DNA from: a virus
Lineage: Duplodnaviria > Caudoviricetes
IMG/VR virus record: IMGVR_UViG_3300029288_002061
Span: 32,001 to 96,000 of that record
Length of the DNA stretch: 64,000 nucleotides
Direction: 5' to 3' (one strand)
Below, in pieces: positions 19,963 through 30,466 of this stretch. The translations under genes and the position numbers were made by a program. How positions within the stretch are numbered: the stretch's first letter is position 1; each line of letters begins with the position of its first letter. The notes beneath the pieces were generated by a model. The model searched no databases and had not been told where the DNA came from. It worked only from the letters and a program-made list of their open reading frames with translations.

Positions 19963-21900
19963 CTACATCTTACTCGTGGCTTTGTTAGCCGCAATGTTAA
20001 ACAGACCATTGAACACGCCTTCATTGGTACTCTTTTCAATTTCCAGACGACCGTTGCTACGGCTCTTAGCAATGCCGGGAGCCTTGGTGAGGCTTTCAAT
20101 CGTCTTTTGCTGCGCTTCGATAATGCTTTGGAGCTTCTGCACCTTGGAGTCAAACCCCTTGGCAAGCTCTGTAGCAAGACCCTTGACAAGATTCAGGGTT
20201 TCCTTCTTGGACTTGCCGAATTCATCGTCCTTACCCATCTGCGGGAGCTTTGCCGTAGCAGCGATAGCATTGCTGAGAACGTTCTTGGCTTCCGACGCCC
20301 CACCTTCCGGGCCTTCGGCAGACTTGGCATATTCGGGCTGCTTATCCGCACCGGTAACGTTGGTGGAGGCAATGTCGGTCGAACCGCTAACCTTGTCATC
20401 ATTGGCATCCATGAAGTCACCACCGGGGGCGAACACGCCTTGTTCCTTAATCAGCTTCGCCATTCCCATAACCGACTGGGGAACAAACTTTTCCTTGAGG
20501 ACTTGACCGGCGAGAACAAACCGGACATCACTCAGGGCTTTGGCGAGCGTCATACCAACGCGGTCGGCCTTCTTGGGGTTCAAACCCTTGGCAAGCGGGG
20601 TGTGCTGCATCAGAAGAGCGATTTCGGAGAGCATACCGGCCACATTGACCGTCTTTTGCTGCTTCGCGAGCATCTTCTGCCGATGGGCCTTGAGGACAGC
20701 CTTGGCCGCCATAAGCTCTTCGTCAGACCATTCGCCGCCGTCGTTCATATCGACATCCGCGCCCATGTCCATTTCACCGCCCATGCCACCCATACCGTCG
20801 TCCATTCCCATGCCGTCATCCATACCGGCATCGGCAACAGCGGCGTCCGCGCCTTCCAGCTCTTCCATACCTTTGTCCATCTCATCAGCGACCGGGGCGG
20901 GAGCCGCACCAGCGTCACCAAAGAGTTCACCGGATTCACCGGCACCGGCATCAACGGGAGCGACCGTACCGGCATTGACTTCAGCGGCAGGATCAATCAC
21001 ATCGCCACCAGCATTCGCGTCAGTAGCGGCTTGCATCATAGCATCGTCACCAGCTACCGCGTCACCTCCAACGTTGTCTTCCAGCATGGCACCTTCGTCC
21101 TCTGCGAGAAAACTGTCCAACGGGAAACCGTCCTGTTGGGTGTTGGGATCTTCCGCAATGTCCTTCATGAGTTTCGCCATCGAGTTACCTCCATTTTTAA
21201 TGAGCTTTCCTATCTGGGCAAGAAATTGAGTTCCTGTACTGACATCCTTTGTAAGTCCTTCTATTTCTTGACCTTCTACCTTTTGATTATCACTATCAGA
21301 AATATCCTTTTCAAGCGATGTCGGTTGAAGGCCATCGAAGGCGTTCAATTCTTGTAGCGACTTCATAACCGCTCCGATAAAACCGGTACGGGGGTTGGCA
21401 GCCATTTCCTTTCGGGTACAGGCTACGTGGTCAAGAGCGACTTTGTTGATCTGGCGAACCATCTTGCCGGATTTGTCAAAAGCCACGCCGATTGCATCTT
21501 TTTCTGTGTGGGGAACGGAACCGCCGATACTGAGCTGTTTGGCACAATTCCCGTCCAAGACTTCCTTGTAAAGAGAACGGGCTTCCGGGAAGGAATCGTC
21601 AAGCTCAATGTCTACCATGACTTTCCAGAAAGGAGAGCCATTCTTGTCTTTATCCATAATGAGATTTGCGTCAACTGTGCGGCCAAAACCAAAGGTAGAA
21701 CGGTGATTATCAATAAGGTCAACGCCCTTCTTGAACTGTTCTACCATTCCCTGCAAGGCTTTTTGTGTCATCTGATCGTTTTCAAGATCGGTAAGGCTGT
21801 CACTCACAATGGCTGTGACGTGCGGCTTTCCCTTATCGTCCGTATAAGCCTTGGACAGATTGGTTGTGGCGACCCATTTTGCCAATGCCAATTCCGCCAT
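19963..21900 (-). CDS. Prohead protease-scaffold fusion
   Basis: N-terminal protease (D.END, DNH, QLSIGG, LDHVA, ANPRT) followed by a long acidic Met/Gly-rich scaffold. Confidence 0.85.
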   Translation of the reverse strand: MAELALAKWVATTNLSKAYTDDKGKPHVTAIVSDSLTDLENDQMTQKALQGMVEQFKKGVDLIDNHRSTFGFGRTVDANLIMDKDKNGSPFWKVMVDIELDDSFPEARSLYKEVLDGNCAKQLSIGGSVPHTEKDAIGVAFDKSGKMVRQINKVALDHVACTRKEMAANPRTGFIGAVMKSLQELNAFDGLQPTSLEKDISDSDNQKVEGQEIEGLTKDVSTGTQFLAQIGKLIKNGGNSMAKLMKDIAEDPNTQQDGFPLDSFLAEDEGAMLEDNVGGDAVAGDDAMMQAATDANAGGDVIDPAAEVNAGTVAPVDAGAGESGELFGDAGAAPAPVADEMDKGMEELEGADAAVADAGMDDGMGMDDGMGGMGGEMDMGADVDMNDGGEWSDEELMAAKAVLKAHRQKMLAKQQKTVNVAGMLSEIALLMQHTPLAKGLNPKKADRVGMTLAKALSDVRFVLAGQVLKEKFVPQSVMGMAKLIKEQGVFAPGGDFMDANDDKVSGSTDIASTNVTGADKQPEYAKSAEGPEGGASEAKNVLSNAIAATAKLPQMGKDDEFGKSKKETLNLVKGLATELAKGFDSKVQKLQSIIEAQQKTIESLTKAPGIAKSRSNGRLEIEKSTNEGVFNGLFNIAANKATSKM

Positions 21901-21903
21901 GTT

Positions 21904-23829
21904 TTACTCCTTATCACTGATTACCGATTTGATGAGAAGATCTATTAGAATCTTCTTTTCCACCGGAAGACCACTACTTTCGATCATGCTTTGGATCTTC
22001 ATAAGTTCAATGTTACCATAGGTATTACGGTTATATCCACTGCCAACCTCTGCGGTCACTTCTTTTTCAGCATTTTCGTCTTGACCGCCTTGGTCTTGGG
22101 CTTCTCCGGCATTGTCTCCAAGTCCGCCGAAAATGTCATCCAAACCCATTGCGTCTCCGGCACCCATATCCATACCGCCGCCCATTCCACCGCCCATACC
22201 GGGCATTCCGCCACCGGCTCCGGGCTGTTGCTGGCCTTGTTGCTGGATCTTGTTCATTTCCTTGGTATAAAGACGTTCATTCTTCCAGTCATCCTTGACA
22301 GCTTCGGACTGGTGGAGCGTCATCTGGGCCATACTGACCTGAATCGGCTTATTGGCGAAAGCATAATCCATCGGATAAGGATCTTTACCGATTGATTCCC
22401 TGAGTTCATTCGGGGTCAACGCGCCAAGAGCGGCATAGGTCTGATCCATGCGGGCCAAATCCAGAGGATCTGTAAGCTTCATTCGTTCAAACCGGAAAGT
22501 AACTACGATTTCGTCCGATTTAAGTCCAAGAAGGGCCGGAATGAGCTTTTGGTTGATAATGTATTCCTTTTCCAACCGATCCGGCTCAAATTCCTGTTCA
22601 TTGGTGATTTCGCGGCTACAGGCCGCCGATGCCCTATTGGTAGAGTCACTGGCAAAGAACACCTGACCGATACCAAAACACTCCCGGATTTCCTCGTCAT
22701 TGGCTTCCCGGTAGGTCTGGAACGAGGCGTCTTCAGTAACGCCTACCGTGAGGGGTTTTAGGTCAATGGTCGGGCCGCCGCCGGACTTGTCAAAGCCTGT
22801 ATTCTGTTGTTCCGCTTGGATAATCAGGCAGTTATGGGACTTTTCCAGTCCAAGGGACTTACCCTTGAAATAATCCTCGATCTGTTGCAGGGTTTCGGCA
22901 CCCAGTTTTCCGCCCGATACCATGACCGCCATACGGGGAACCGCGTCATTCTCAAAGAATTTGACATTCCGGATAGCCGCAAATCTGTTACCAGTAATCG
23001 CCGGGGCTGCCGAGATATAACGGGGCGCGCCGTACCAGTAATTCATGGGTGTGTAGAGCCGGAAATGAATGACTTCGGTAGCCATATCATCAGGATCAAC
23101 GTTGGAGTCTTTGAAATACTCACCGGTACTGGCCGACATCGGTCGGGTATCACCGAATTCCTTGAAATACACCTTGTCATTGCCTTGAATCTGGACAAAT
23201 CCGTGTACTTCTTTATCCCCGTTATCGTCTGTAGTCACCCGCTTCCGCATCGTAATGGCCGGAATATGGTAGATATTAGTGATTATCCCATAAATGTTTC
23301 TGACAATTTCGAGATAGCCGTTACCGGTGGTTTCTTCGTCAACTTTGAGGTTGTAGAAGATTGAATTGGTCGGCATGTCCTCATTAGGGTTGGAAAACAG
23401 GCGATCAATGATAGCGGTTTGCTGTTTTACCCGTTCTTTGACCGTTTCTTCCGTCTCTTTGGTGATTTTGAGCTTAGGTTCAATGTGCCAACCCAAACCG
23501 AGCGTATTTCTAGCATAAGTACGGATTGACCTACCAAGACGGGTGTTATTTTCAACCGTAGCGGCTAGGACTTCCGGATTATGCTGGGGTTCGACATATT
23601 CACCACCGGCAAGCTCTTTGAAAGGATCCCCGGTAAGTTGACGGCTGGCCGCCGCGCCGGTATCCCGGTAGACCTGTTTCCCTGTTCTGTCATCACGATA
23701 ATGAGCGAGTCTGTTGTTCCCTTTGGACAAGTGAAGCTGTCCGAGTACCCCCATCATATTGTCAACAGAGGTATCTCCGAGCCGCATCTTCTCAATAGGG
23801 CTGACTTCAAGGGCGTCTTCTTCAGACAT
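21904..23829 (-). CDS. Portal protein (PBSX-like)
   Basis: DxETTGNGYLEIVRN, EVIHF, YYG.P, FFxNxAVP, DASFxxYR and LTPNExR motifs. Confidence 0.93.
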   Translation of the reverse strand: MSEEDALEVSPIEKMRLGDTSVDNMMGVLGQLHLSKGNNRLAHYRDDRTGKQVYRDTGAAASRQLTGDPFKELAGGEYVEPQHNPEVLAATVENNTRLGRSIRTYARNTLGLGWHIEPKLKITKETEETVKERVKQQTAIIDRLFSNPNEDMPTNSIFYNLKVDEETTGNGYLEIVRNIYGIITNIYHIPAITMRKRVTTDDNGDKEVHGFVQIQGNDKVYFKEFGDTRPMSASTGEYFKDSNVDPDDMATEVIHFRLYTPMNYWYGAPRYISAAPAITGNRFAAIRNVKFFENDAVPRMAVMVSGGKLGAETLQQIEDYFKGKSLGLEKSHNCLIIQAEQQNTGFDKSGGGPTIDLKPLTVGVTEDASFQTYREANDEEIRECFGIGQVFFASDSTNRASAACSREITNEQEFEPDRLEKEYIINQKLIPALLGLKSDEIVVTFRFERMKLTDPLDLARMDQTYAALGALTPNELRESIGKDPYPMDYAFANKPIQVSMAQMTLHQSEAVKDDWKNERLYTKEMNKIQQQGQQQPGAGGGMPGMGGGMGGGMDMGAGDAMGLDDIFGGLGDNAGEAQDQGGQDENAEKEVTAEVGSGYNRNTYGNIELMKIQSMIESSGLPVEKKILIDLLIKSVISDKE

Positions 23830-24137
23830 TATCCGATATTATCCTCATAGACGAGACGGACGGCACAACCGGCGGTGAGTTCACACGTAACTACCGAATT
23901 GCCTACCGTAATAGGGAAAGGATTATCTACCGTTGGAAGGATACGTTCATCCGTGAAAGTATCTTCCAGAATGGTATAGACGTTGGGTGATACGCCACAT
24001 TTGAGGGTTACAGTCCCGGTTCCGGCACCAAACATAGCCAGAATACGCCAAGGTGAGGCCGAGTATTGAAACGTCGGCCCCACCTGTTGCGTTACGCCAG
24101 CAACCCCGCCAAAGACTTCCTGCACGACCACTGACAT
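23829..24137 (-). CDS. Hypothetical virion protein
   Basis: GAGAGG RBS; coupled to the portal start. Confidence 0.6.
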   Translation of the reverse strand: MSVVVQEVFGGVAGVTQQVGPTFQYSASPWRILAMFGAGTGTVTLKCGVSPNVYTILEDTFTDERILPTVDNPFPITVGNSVVTCELTAGCAVRLVYEDNIG

Positions 24138-24151
24138 AATCGGCCTCTCTC

Positions 24152-24379
24152 TTAGTAAATGAACGTGATGTACTTGAGCGGGCCGCGAGCGGCAAGAGCA
24201 GCCTTAAACGCGGCAAAGTCGGCAGACGCGGAGGTAATCGTGTAAAGGTCATTGACTTCCTGAGCGAGAGCAACAACCGCATCGCGGGTGACTTGCATAT
24301 CGCCAAGACCTTCCGAGTAATTACCCTTGATCGTGACAACTTGGCTATCGCCCAGAACCTTCTTGTGAGACATCGACAT
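24152..24379 (-). CDS. Hypothetical small virion protein
   Basis: AGGAG RBS before ATG 24379; codon usage like the capsid genes. Confidence 0.65.
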   Translation of the reverse strand: MSMSHKKVLGDSQVVTIKGNYSEGLGDMQVTRDAVVALAQEVNDLYTITSASADFAAFKAALAARGPLKYITFIY

Positions 24380-24430
24380 CGTAAGACTCCTTTTTCTGTT
24401 TTTGTAGACAACGTGAACAAACACACTTAG

Positions 24431-24473
24431 TTGCAATAATAGCAAGGACTTCTACTAGGGTGCCTTGGAAGTT
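24431..24473 (-). promoter_or_regulatory. Conserved 43-bp promoter-like element (copy 1)
   Basis: 36/43 identical to 63414-63456; contains extended -10-like TGCTATTAT. Confidence 0.65.
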
Positions 24474-24531
24474 ACTACTTTACCCTAACCGTTAATCTTA
24501 CATTTTCAACGACTTACATTCAACAACGTTA

Positions 24532-24756
24532 CTATTCCGGGATATTATCCCGCATTATTCTCCAAGTCCCCGTGCTATAGGCTTCGTCCCAGAATATCAG
24601 GTCTCCAGCCTTGAAAACGATGCTTGTTATGGGACAAGTGAAAGCCGTATCTACCAGAAAGGCATATCCGGTATAGAGGATCTTCCTATCCGGTATTGAT
24701 GCCGGAGAAGAAGCAATCCCGTGTAAATCAATGGGATAATCGCACGGATTAGCCAT
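24532..24756 (-). CDS. Small fibre/decoration-domain protein
   Basis: FKAGDLIFW...W module shared with neighbouring proteins. Confidence 0.6.
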   Translation of the reverse strand: MANPCDYPIDLHGIASSPASIPDRKILYTGYAFLVDTAFTCPITSIVFKAGDLIFWDEAYSTGTWRIMRDNIPE

Positions 24757-24922
24757 TGTTTTCCTCCGTAGGTTCCGGGAACATCTCGCTTATGGAACTG
24801 AAAGCTCTTCTGAGAATAAGACCGGCTTTGATCTTTTCCGGGTTTGAAAGAGATTCCCAAGCTGCTTTCAGTGCCGCCATATTGGTATCAGCTTCGGTCA
24901 GAAAGTCATCAAGTGACGCCAT
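24749..24922 (-). CDS. Hypothetical 57-aa protein (not in ORF track)
   Basis: GGAGG RBS; MASLDDFLTEADTNMAALKAAWESL...NG*. Confidence 0.65.
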   Translation of the reverse strand: MASLDDFLTEADTNMAALKAAWESLSNPEKIKAGLILRRAFSSISEMFPEPTEENNG

Positions 24923-24931
24923 TTTCGCCTC

Positions 24932-26104
24932 CTAACATACCGGAACATCAGTAGGAACGTCCGGTACAGAACTTGTTGTGGTTACGCAGTTTGCATAATA
25001 ATCCCATACCGACCAAGGCTGTTCAAAACCCATAGTATCCACGAAATCAGGATTCGGGGTACTCCAAGTCAATGTCCCGCAGTCATAGTAGCTCGACCAG
25101 TAGTAATAGCATGACGGCGTTACCGCCGGTGGGGCCGGGACTGCCGGAGTTATTGTGACTTTGACATAATATACGCCCCAGTCTGTCCAATCCTGTACCT
25201 CCCCTGTGGTATCAACGTAGGTAAGCGTTACAGACCAAGAGCTTGTAAAGCAGTTATACATGGCTTGCCAGTAGAAATAGCACGTTGGTACTGGCAGAAT
25301 GCCTAGGTCTGGTGAAAGATAAGACTGTTTATTAACTCTTACATATCCAGTAGGATCGTTATCAAACCACGGATATTCCGGGCCGGTGCTTGACGATGAG
25401 GACAGTGACCATCTGGCATTTGCGCAATCATAGGTCGCCACCCATTTAAGGTAGGATATGACGGGCATAAAAGAGCATGTCGGGGTTATCGCCACGGTAC
25501 CGGAGCTGTTAAAAGTTACGAAAGATACGTTGATCGACAACGGCTCAAAGGAAAATGTCAGCGTCTTCAGATCATTGGATGTTATGCTCCCGCCGGATTG
25601 GATATATGGAATTCTGGCCGCGTCCAAGGCATACGTGAGCTGTTCCGCAGTTACCGTACCGTTCAACACAACGCTATAGCTACCCACGGTGAGCGTAAAA
25701 GAGACACAATCCACCAAACTTGTAGTGGGGATAATGACAAATCCGTGTGCGACAGTTAGGCTGTTTGAGGTTATTGTCGGAACCTCTTTGGACAGTACAA
25801 GAAGGCCGTTTGATACCGTAGTACCGAGGGTAATGGTAGTTGGCCTGCTAGTAAAGTCCAGTTGGCTTGTATAGGCGGAGTACGCCGGAACCGACCCTGA
25901 GTTGATAGGGGTACTGCATACGTATGCGGTCGCTATACAATCCGGACAATCGTCATAAGTCGAATAATCGTATTGAGATGTGTAATCTTCCCAGTCGCCC
26001 GTTCGGTAGCCGGTTACATCGTGACTACTTAGGTTATAGCATACCCGGCCAGAACGGAAGTTCGGAATCGGTATGGCATTAACTGGAAGTCTGATCTGTA
26101 CCAT
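24932..26104 (-). CDS. Cys/Trp/Tyr-rich repeat virion protein
   Basis: Three YxxWxxxYxCxxxxW repeats; N-terminal FRSxxVCY...CxDC module shared with 26407-27144. Confidence 0.65.
   Translation of the reverse strand: MVQIRLPVNAIPIPNFRSGRVCYNLSSHDVTGYRTGDWEDYTSQYDYSTYDDCPDCIATAYVCSTPINSGSVPAYSAYTSQLDFTSRPTTITLGTTVSNGLLVLSKEVPTITSNSLTVAHGFVIIPTTSLVDCVSFTLTVGSYSVVLNGTVTAEQLTYALDAARIPYIQSGGSITSNDLKTLTFSFEPLSINVSFVTFNSSGTVAITPTCSFMPVISYLKWVATYDCANARWSLSSSSSTGPEYPWFDNDPTGYVRVNKQSYLSPDLGILPVPTCYFYWQAMYNCFTSSWSVTLTYVDTTGEVQDWTDWGVYYVKVTITPAVPAPPAVTPSCYYYWSSYYDCGTLTWSTPNPDFVDTMGFEQPWSVWDYYANCVTTTSSVPDVPTDVPVC
25914..25929. repeat. Palindrome copy 5 (intragenic, 1 mismatch)
   Basis: ctgcatacgtatgcgg. 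Confidence 0.85.
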
Positions 26105-26396
26105 TATTACACCCGCAATCTGGAAGTTTTCCGGGTAGATAGTGGCGGCAGGATCCGCCACTGATCTTCGGACATACTTCGGTTATAACCGTCTTGTCGC
26201 TACATGATTTACCGTCTTCTCCAAGGTACTGACAATTTGGCACGTAAGAAGGTTTATAAATACTTGCAAGATACTTCTCTGCATCACCTTTACAGGCTTT
26301 TAGACATACGTTGATATCCGGCATACCGCCAAACTTATTGAGTTTGCACCGGATAAGACCTTCTTTGTCTGTAGCTTCCATACATGGGTATTCCAT
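26079..26396 (-). CDS. Cys-rich small protein
   Basis: Ten Cys in 105 aa; GGAG RBS. Confidence 0.6.
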   Translation of the reverse strand: MEYPCMEATDKEGLIRCKLNKFGGMPDINVCLKACKGDAEKYLASIYKPSYVPNCQYLGEDGKSCSDKTVITEVCPKISGGSCRHYLPGKLPDCGCNNGTDQTSS

Positions 26397-26406
26397 GTTG
26401 TTCTCC

Positions 26407-27144
26407 TTATGGTATTACGGCTTCTATAACAAAAGAAGACGGGGCTAGCGCATTGCTTGTACCAGCAATCCCATAGCCAGAAGCATCCGTCCCACAAGGC
26501 AACGCCGTATACACGCCAGCGGGCGTAACGCCTGTTGTTTTAATCCATACGTGAGTAGAACTCCAACTCCACCCCGATCCAGAAGAAGACATAGAAAAGT
26601 AGAATACCCACGCTACCCCCGGTTTAAGATGTAGATACATACCCGCACCACAACCGGAAGGGCCGCAACCTTTTGGAGCTAGCAATGTTCCCGGTATCCT
26701 AATGGGGGATGACTCATTTACATAATCTACAGTCCACTTCCAATTACACTGTGAGATTGGTTGTGCATTTATTAGATCAGTCATCAATGGTTGATCTTCA
26801 GACACAACCTGAGTGAACGCGTCCGGACATGGTTGGAAATTAGCAAAGTTTAGTCTATATTGTCTATAGATAGGATCTAACGTATATCCGCAAGAAGGGA
26901 TAGTGCTGTTTGCCACCTGTGTAAAAGTATCAGTAGTACACGGGCATGTCGGTGGGACGGACACCGCGTTTTGACAATCAGAACACGTAGCATAAGTACC
27001 GAAGTCATTATACGGCGTGTCTACAATTTCGTCCCACGACGTATCAGGCGTGCCTTCAACGCCCCAGTCGGTTCTACGATAACACACCCCGTTTGAGCGG
27101 AAGAATTGGATATCTGACGTTGTGTGTGGAAGAATAATTGCCAT
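26407..27144 (-). CDS. Cys-rich virion protein
   Basis: FRSNGVCY...CSDC module; GGAG RBS. Confidence 0.6.
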   Translation of the reverse strand: MAIILPHTTSDIQFFRSNGVCYRRTDWGVEGTPDTSWDEIVDTPYNDFGTYATCSDCQNAVSVPPTCPCTTDTFTQVANSTIPSCGYTLDPIYRQYRLNFANFQPCPDAFTQVVSEDQPLMTDLINAQPISQCNWKWTVDYVNESSPIRIPGTLLAPKGCGPSGCGAGMYLHLKPGVAWVFYFSMSSSGSGWSWSSTHVWIKTTGVTPAGVYTALPCGTDASGYGIAGTSNALAPSSFVIEAVIP

Positions 27145-27153
27145 TTTGCTCTC

Positions 27154-27870
27154 CTATGCGCATACTTCATAAATATCCACCAAAACTTCCGGCGGTACTG
27201 GGTCGTCACAAACTTCATAAATATCAACAAGATCCACAGGATCCGTGCAACGCTCATAAATATCCACCGATTCCGTACAACTGTCATAGATATCAAGCTG
27301 TTCCGGACATACCGGTGTTACTGTTGGGGCCGCCGGTGGAGTGGAGGATAAGGTAGTCCGTGTGCAAGATAATCCGGCGCATGACCAATCCGATTCCGGA
27401 CCTATCTTATCCACACTTACCAGAACAACCGTCCAAGTGTGGGTATCACATGAATATGTGGCACCCCAGTGATAATAATCGGGTTCTGTGTCACATCTTG
27501 ACAGCTCCCACCAATCTCCATGATACCAAATGATTGTCTGTCCATCCAAAAAGGTCTTCCCGGTATTGGTCTTTTCCGGGTTTCCGTCTATGGTATCCGC
27601 CGTGATTATGTAGAGCATCCCGTCTTGGACTTCCAAACGGGAAGGAAATTCATTGGATTTGGATATGTTCCCGGCATAACAGAAAGGAATCCTATATCCG
27701 ACCGCTTCATACCGGTTTAGGTCATTCAGGACTTGTACCGACCCTGACCGGATAATTTGCTGCATAAACGGATTTACAACACTTGATATGTAAGAGCTGA
27801 AACACCCCGGAAAGAGTGTTTCGCCTGTGGGGAGGTCTATGATGTTCTTTGACTTGTTATACAGATACAT
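27154..27870 (-). CDS. Modular virion protein with C-terminal DIY(E/D)xC repeats
   Basis: IIWYHGDW module, one YxxWxxxYxC repeat and four DIY(E/D)xC repeats. Confidence 0.65.
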   Translation of the reverse strand: MYLYNKSKNIIDLPTGETLFPGCFSSYISSVVNPFMQQIIRSGSVQVLNDLNRYEAVGYRIPFCYAGNISKSNEFPSRLEVQDGMLYIITADTIDGNPEKTNTGKTFLDGQTIIWYHGDWWELSRCDTEPDYYHWGATYSCDTHTWTVVLVSVDKIGPESDWSCAGLSCTRTTLSSTPPAAPTVTPVCPEQLDIYDSCTESVDIYERCTDPVDLVDIYEVCDDPVPPEVLVDIYEVCA

Positions 27871-27872
27871 AG

Positions 27873-28241
27873 TTATAACCCACAATATACATACCAGTTA
27901 GAGCCATTATACAGCGCAATCCACCCGGTTTCCATGCTTTGTGCATCCGGAGTTGTGCAATTCTCGGACGCCGCTACCAGCCATCCCTTCTCCGGGCCTG
28001 TCGGGAATGTCCCCGTTTTGGCTAGACCTTTGTAGACAAGGCGACTGCATACGTTTGCAGTTTCAACCGAATCCAGTATCACAGCCGCCCTATTCCGGAC
28101 GGCGCGCTGGACTTCCGGAGCCAAGGACTCTTCATCCGTGATTTCTTCACTGATTTCGTCCGGGAAAAGGATAATTCTATTCCCAGTAAGCGGGATATTC
28201 AGTGTGAGTACGGTAGATTGGATATTCTTGATATACGGCAT
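27873..28241 (-). CDS. Virion decoration-like protein
   Basis: N-terminus paralogous to 14332-14541; YKG...YNGSNW module. Confidence 0.6.
   Translation of the reverse strand: MPYIKNIQSTVLTLNIPLTGNRIILFPDEISEEITDEESLAPEVQRAVRNRAAVILDSVETANVCSRLVYKGLAKTGTFPTGPEKGWLVAASENCTTPDAQSMETGWIALYNGSNWYVYCGL
28045..28060. repeat. Palindrome copy 6 (intragenic)
   Basis: ctgcatacgtttgcag. Confidence 0.95.
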
Positions 28242-28250
28242 GGCTACCTC

Positions 28251-28279
28251 AAAAATACCGGGGGATTGGCTACCCCCGG
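28251..28279 (-). terminator. Rho-independent terminator
   Basis: CCGGGGG-N8-CCCCCGG followed by TATTTTT on the minus strand. Confidence 0.7.
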
Positions 28280-28291
28280 CGATTGAGAGTC

Positions 28292-29755
28292 TTAGGCAAC
28301 GTAAGCTACTACGATGTTATCACCGGTTGTCAGATCACCACTCAGGGTAACAGTCGGGCCACCAGCGGCATTGATGATGATCTTTTCCGCGTCCGTGGTA
28401 AGGTCGATTTCAAAGTCCGGAGTAACACCAGAAAGACCGCTTACCACGCTGTAGTTGGCCTGTTCCGGGCCGCCAAGCGGGAAAATCCGGACGCTTTGAG
28501 CGTTCTTGGGGATAAACGACCATCCAGAGATGTCGATATAACCAGCGGTATTCTCACCAACGGTGATCGTGTGACCGACTTGCTTGGTAGATTCCGTACT
28601 GACACCGGCGATAGCGGTATCAATACCCTTTAGGTGATTGGTGATACCGGCATAGGTGATACTCGGCGTGTAATTTACCGGGGTGTATGTGGAATCCACA
28701 GGAACGCTTGAGCTATCCACCTGATTGGCACCAGAACCAAAGTCGATATGGGTTTCATTGATACCGTCGGCCTTGACATTCAATGTGCCAGAGTTATTCG
28801 TTACCGTGGCGTTATCAACCAAGATACCAGCACCATTGGAGTTGAGGTTGAGCGGAACAACCGTCGCTCCGGTTTCGGTATCCGGGTCAATCGCAAGCTG
28901 ATCGGCAGAGCCACCAGCACCAACCGTAAGACCGCTGTTTGTGGCAAGGTCGATACCGACTTCATTGGTCGGGAGTTCCTTAAGACCGGCACCCATAACG
29001 ACACTGAATTGGTTTCCAATCAGAGTAAGACCAGTCCCGGCTGTATATGTCTGACCACCGCCGAATTGTACGAAAGTTATGTCTGTGACACCAATCGTGA
29101 TAGAAGTCGCGGTTTGAATAAATTGCTTATTGATGTTTGCAGATCCGTCTGCTACCATAACTGCCGCGCCTACAAGCTCTTCACCGGTGTTGGCATCGGC
29201 TGTACGCACCCATGCCGTTGTGGATACCTCATAGATACCGTTTTATGTTTCGTCTGTCTGATCTTTTACCAGAATGCGGTCGCCAGCAACAAGAGCCACG
29301 GTATCAACAGTCTGTTCACCGCTCAGTGTCAAATCAGAGCCAGCGGAAGCTGCCTTGACATAGTTCTTCCAGCTAATACCTTCGGCGATGGCATCGACGT
29401 AAGCCTTTGTAGTAGGTGCATTTGCATTAGAGCCGCCAGTGATGGTCGGGACAGTAATGGTTGCGCCGGTAAAATTGTGGATACCTGTCCAAACAAAGTT
29501 GCTTGACTGACTAATTTGCGTGGAAGTCACGCCACTGTTCGGAATATAGAGCTGACCGGAACCGTTCACATTGATGGTGGACGCATCTACTGTTGCACTC
29601 ACGCCGTCAGCATCTACGGTAATACCACTGAGTTCCTTCGGCTTAACCGAGATAGCCGTCCCACCGGCACCTTGAAGACCGTTGCCAATGGCGGACGTGT
29701 TAATCTTCGCCGCTGTGACTGCGTTATTCGCAATCCACTTCGTTTGTGTCATCAT
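28292..29755 (-). pseudogene. Fibre/head-decoration protein interrupted by in-frame TAA (or read through)
   Basis: One continuous frame GDRILVKDQTDET*NGIYEVSTTAWVRTAD; the conserved KDQT..xNGIY motif spans the stop at 29243-29245. Confidence 0.75.
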
Positions 29756-29758
29756 CTC

Positions 29759-30430
29759 TTAGCTCTCCTTGTACATAATGGTTACTACGTCACCTACATC
29801 AATGATTCCGTCGATTCCAAGGCCGTTCCACATAACCGTTGGACCGGCGATATTTACTGCGTAATCCAAGCCATAAGTCATGCTGGGAGCGTTTCTTATG
29901 GACATAATATTATCCGTCTCTGTTATTGGGGCCGACGGAAGGGTAAACCATTTATTTGCCATATCTGTAGCGTCAATGGTCTTGACAAAGATCTTGTAAG
30001 ACGTTCCACCGCCACCGCCACCATGAGCTTTCAGCCAGTCGACAGCGCCTTGGACATTTGTTGCCGGAATAGCCGAAACCGCATTGTCATACTCAACTTC
30101 CGAGGCGTCCTGCATATTCAGGGCGTCAAGGAATGCCCACTGATGGACTCCGCCGACAAGTTGAACCCAGTACAGACCATTCCCCGACGGGGATCCCGCA
30201 TTTTGGCGGACAATATAAATGGTTTTTGGTTCCAACGTTGCCGGATCGGGCAATTCCGCATAGGTATTTACAGCACCGGAAATACCAAAGATTGCGGCTG
30301 TTACCGCATCTGAGGTATCATCAAAAGCGTCCTTAATACGGAATTGTAGTGTGTCAAACGCCTCAAAAAGAGCGGGCCGACGACCTTCTACCATCTCAAA
30401 AGGCTGTATCGTAAACCATGTCTGTGCCAT
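29759..30430 (-). CDS. Fibre-like virion protein (MAQTWF paralog 1)
   Basis: Shared N-terminal domain; ATNVQGAVD motif common in tail fibres. Confidence 0.7.
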   Translation of the reverse strand: MAQTWFTIQPFEMVEGRRPALFEAFDTLQFRIKDAFDDTSDAVTAAIFGISGAVNTYAELPDPATLEPKTIYIVRQNAGSPSGNGLYWVQLVGGVHQWAFLDALNMQDASEVEYDNAVSAIPATNVQGAVDWLKAHGGGGGGTSYKIFVKTIDATDMANKWFTLPSAPITETDNIMSIRNAPSMTYGLDYAVNIAGPTVMWNGLGIDGIIDVGDVVTIMYKES

Positions 30431-30466
30431 ACGTTCCTCCTGTTCTGATACAACCCATTATAGCTA

